From the NCBI GenBank assembly GCA_030141605.1, contig JAQGDQ010000384.1, forward strand, positions 183,793 through 223,252: DNA of 39,460 nucleotides, read 5' to 3'. The stretch is from Tubiluchus corallicola. Taxonomy: Eukaryota > Animalia > Priapulida. The position numbers and the translations under genes were made by a program. Positions 37,434 through 39,460 of this stretch are shown one piece after another (positions within the stretch are counted from its first letter, which is position 1; every line of letters starts with the position of its first letter). The notes beneath the pieces are model-generated. The model had not been told where the DNA came from and made no database searches. It saw only the letters and a program-made list of their open reading frames with translations.

Positions 37434-38600
37434 CTATAGCCGGAGCTTAAGCGCCTCGCTAATCTCGTCCGGGGTAAGATCACCTCTCTCTCCTGCTGCC
37501 ACCCATCCCCTTTTACTAAATCGCTCAACTATCTTATCTATAGTCTCACTCCCTACTCCATAATCCTTTAACTTTGTGGATACACCCAGCGATTCAAAAA
37601 AGCTGACCACCTTGTCTATAACCGCATCAATACGTTTATCATCACTCCCCTTATCAATACCCCATATACGCTCCCCAAACTGTAATATCTTATCCCTCTT
37701 GTTTTCGCGCTTAACGCTCATCATTCCCGGTAGTACAATAGCAAGCGTTCTAGCATGATCTATACCGTGAAAAGCTGTTAACTCATGCCCTACCATATGT
37801 GTCGACCAGTCCTGAGGCACTCCCACCCCTATAAGCCCGTTAAGAGCCATCGTAGCAGACCACATAAAATTAGCAGCAGAATCATAATCATCACGCCTGG
37901 CAATAACTTTAGGGCCCTCCTCCACCAAGGTAGCCAGTATGCCCTCTGCAAAGCGGTCCTGAATAGGTGAACATACAGGGTAGGTAAGATACTGCTCCAG
38001 CACATGGACAAAAGCATCAACAATTCCATTTGCTATCTGGGCCTCAGGAAGGGAAAACACCACTTCGGGGTCCAGAACCGAAAAACGGGGCATTACAGCA
38101 GGTGAACTAAACGCAAGCTTCTCCTGTGTCTTCTCACGGGTTATAACAGCATTACCATTCATCTCCGAACCGGTAGCGGGAAGAGTTAAAACAGCTCCTA
38201 TAGGTAGTGCACGACTCACCTCAATCTCCGAGCGGCGAGATAATATGTCCCACGGCTCATCTCCATCCCAAACGGAAGCTGCCGCCACAAACTTGGTGCC
38301 ATCAAGCACAGAGCCGCCACCGACAGCAAGCAAAAAATCAACTCCGTCACGGATTACAATATCCACACACCTTACTAGGGTCTCGTAGCGAGGATTAGCC
38401 TCAATACCTCCAAACTCAGTAACATTAAAATCATCACCCAGCGCCCTGCGCACCTGATCATAAACACCATTCTTCTTTATACTACCACCCCCGTATGTAA
38501 GCATAACATGCGAACCACCGGGTATTAGTCCCCCAAGCTTTGATATCTCCCCTTTGCCGAAAACAACCTTCACCGGATTATAATACTCAAAATTATTCAT
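37434..38600 (-). CDS. Iron-containing NADPH-dependent alcohol/aldehyde dehydrogenase (YqhD/BdhA-like)
   Basis: YGGGSIKKNG, AVGGGSVLDGTK, LPATGSEMN, DWSTHMVGHELTAFHGIDHA. Confidence 0.93.
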   Translation of the reverse strand: MNNFEYYNPVKVVFGKGEISKLGGLIPGGSHVMLTYGGGSIKKNGVYDQVRRALGDDFNVTEFGGIEANPRYETLVRCVDIVIRDGVDFLLAVGGGSVLDGTKFVAAASVWDGDEPWDILSRRSEIEVSRALPIGAVLTLPATGSEMNGNAVITREKTQEKLAFSSPAVMPRFSVLDPEVVFSLPEAQIANGIVDAFVHVLEQYLTYPVCSPIQDRFAEGILATLVEEGPKVIARRDDYDSAANFMWSATMALNGLIGVGVPQDWSTHMVGHELTAFHGIDHARTLAIVLPGMMSVKRENKRDKILQFGERIWGIDKGSDDKRIDAVIDKVVSFFESLGVSTKLKDYGVGSETIDKIVERFSKRGWVAAGERGDLTPDEISEALKLRL

Positions 38601-38832
38601 AGCGAAATAGAATTAAGTGGCCACAGACATACAAGATTATAAATCATAAAAACCTGTTCGAAATCAAAACACGGCTTTTATCATTCCAAAAAGAGCCTTG
38701 TCACAACTGCGAAAAGGCTCCTATCTATATTAGAATCAAAAAACTACTCTCATCCCTGCAACAACGCATCCAAAAACAGGAGACCCTGCCGACCCATCCC
38801 TCTCATTGCCACCTGTACGTTAAAACTGATCT

Positions 38833-39111
38833 CACCAGTCACCAATGATAGCAATATTAAGTCGTTCCCAATTAACAGTATCAGAAACCAAACCTTGAGG
38901 CGGATTCAATACACCCTCTATAAAAGAATAATAGCCCTTTGTTAATAGTTTCACCATCCCCATTAAGGGAACTGGTTCCACCAGTCATTAATGATAGCAA
39001 TATTAAGACGTTCCCAATTAACAGTATCAGAAACCAAACCTTGAGGCGGATTCAACACACCACCTGCAAAAGAATAATAGCCTTTGTTAATAGCTCCACC
39101 ATCCCCATTAA
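38833..39111. repeat. Imperfect tandem duplication (~133-bp unit, ~145-bp period)
   Basis: 38833-38966 versus 38979-39111; both contain AATGATAGCAATATTAAG.CGTTCCCAATTAACAGTATCAGAAACCAAACCTTGAGGCGGATTCAA. Confidence 0.9.
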
Positions 39112-39379
39112 CGTAGACAATCATACCAATACGCAGCATATCCTTAGGAATCTTGAACATGTCAATTAATTCCTTCACTGAATGCAACCCACCATGCAAC
39201 TCATTTGCTGCTGCTGTAGGCACATCCTTAAGCAGCGGCCTGATCATTTTGGGAGACATCGTATGCTCTTGGGGGCGCTGTTTCGTAATGTCAAGTACAT
39301 CAAAATCATCGAAGCTCTGCGCTACTGCTCCAGCAGCAAAAAGACACCCAAAAATAAAACTAAATACAAAATTTCTCAT
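38963..39379 (-). CDS. Secreted hypothetical protein, probably truncated by the duplication
   Basis: Signal peptide MRNFVFSFIFGCLFAAGAVA|Q; the stop codon falls at the duplication junction. Confidence 0.55.
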   Translation of the reverse strand: MRNFVFSFIFGCLFAAGAVAQSFDDFDVLDITKQRPQEHTMSPKMIRPLLKDVPTAAANELHGGLHSVKELIDMFKIPKDMLRIGMIVYVNGDGGAINKGYYSFAGGVLNPPQGLVSDTVNWERLNIAIINDWWNQFP

Positions 39380-39460
39380 CTGTTTTATATCTACTTTTTT
39401 AAACACTTTATTTTCCACAAAGTTGCCCTCTCGAGAAACTAAAAATTATACGGGTAAAGG

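Noticed and set aside
38833-39111. Diversity-generating retroelement TR/VR pair
   Set aside because: Differences are not confined to adenines, include an indel, and no reverse transcriptase is in the window.

Overview
Chromosomal window from a Bacteroidota organism, probably Bacteroidales (Bat operon, TAnnTTTG promoters, Q-rule signal peptides). Positions ~13-11526 form a visibly AT-rich integrative element. It carries a large tyrosine integrase, TTCC(T/C)CCCA repeats at both ends, a serine resolvase, a truncated MerR-like/excisionase HTH, a DNA-methyltransferase remnant, an IS256 and a decayed IS3. Its cargo is a five-gene operon (UbiA/DPPR synthase, DprE1-like, DprE2-like, putative GT-C transferase, HAD phosphatase) that looks like a mobile polyprenyl-phosphate-arabinose synthesis and surface-arabinosylation cassette. 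The element appears to sit inside the first codons of miaB: joining the two GTATA cores (13-17 and 11522-11526) gives an in-frame MIVYIETYGCQMN start. The remainder is core genome: miaB, TPR lipoprotein, asnB, ndk, nrnA, FKBP, RNase P RNA, Wzi-family protein, queA, moxR-bat operon, truA, aroE, DUF368 and an Fe-ADH. It also holds about 8 degenerate ~130-bp MITE-like repeats (one inserted in frame in a signal peptide), a frameshifted IS1634-family element with a 167-bp target duplication, and an apparent GC-skew switch near 20-21 kb. All calls come from motif reading by eye; no database searches were run.
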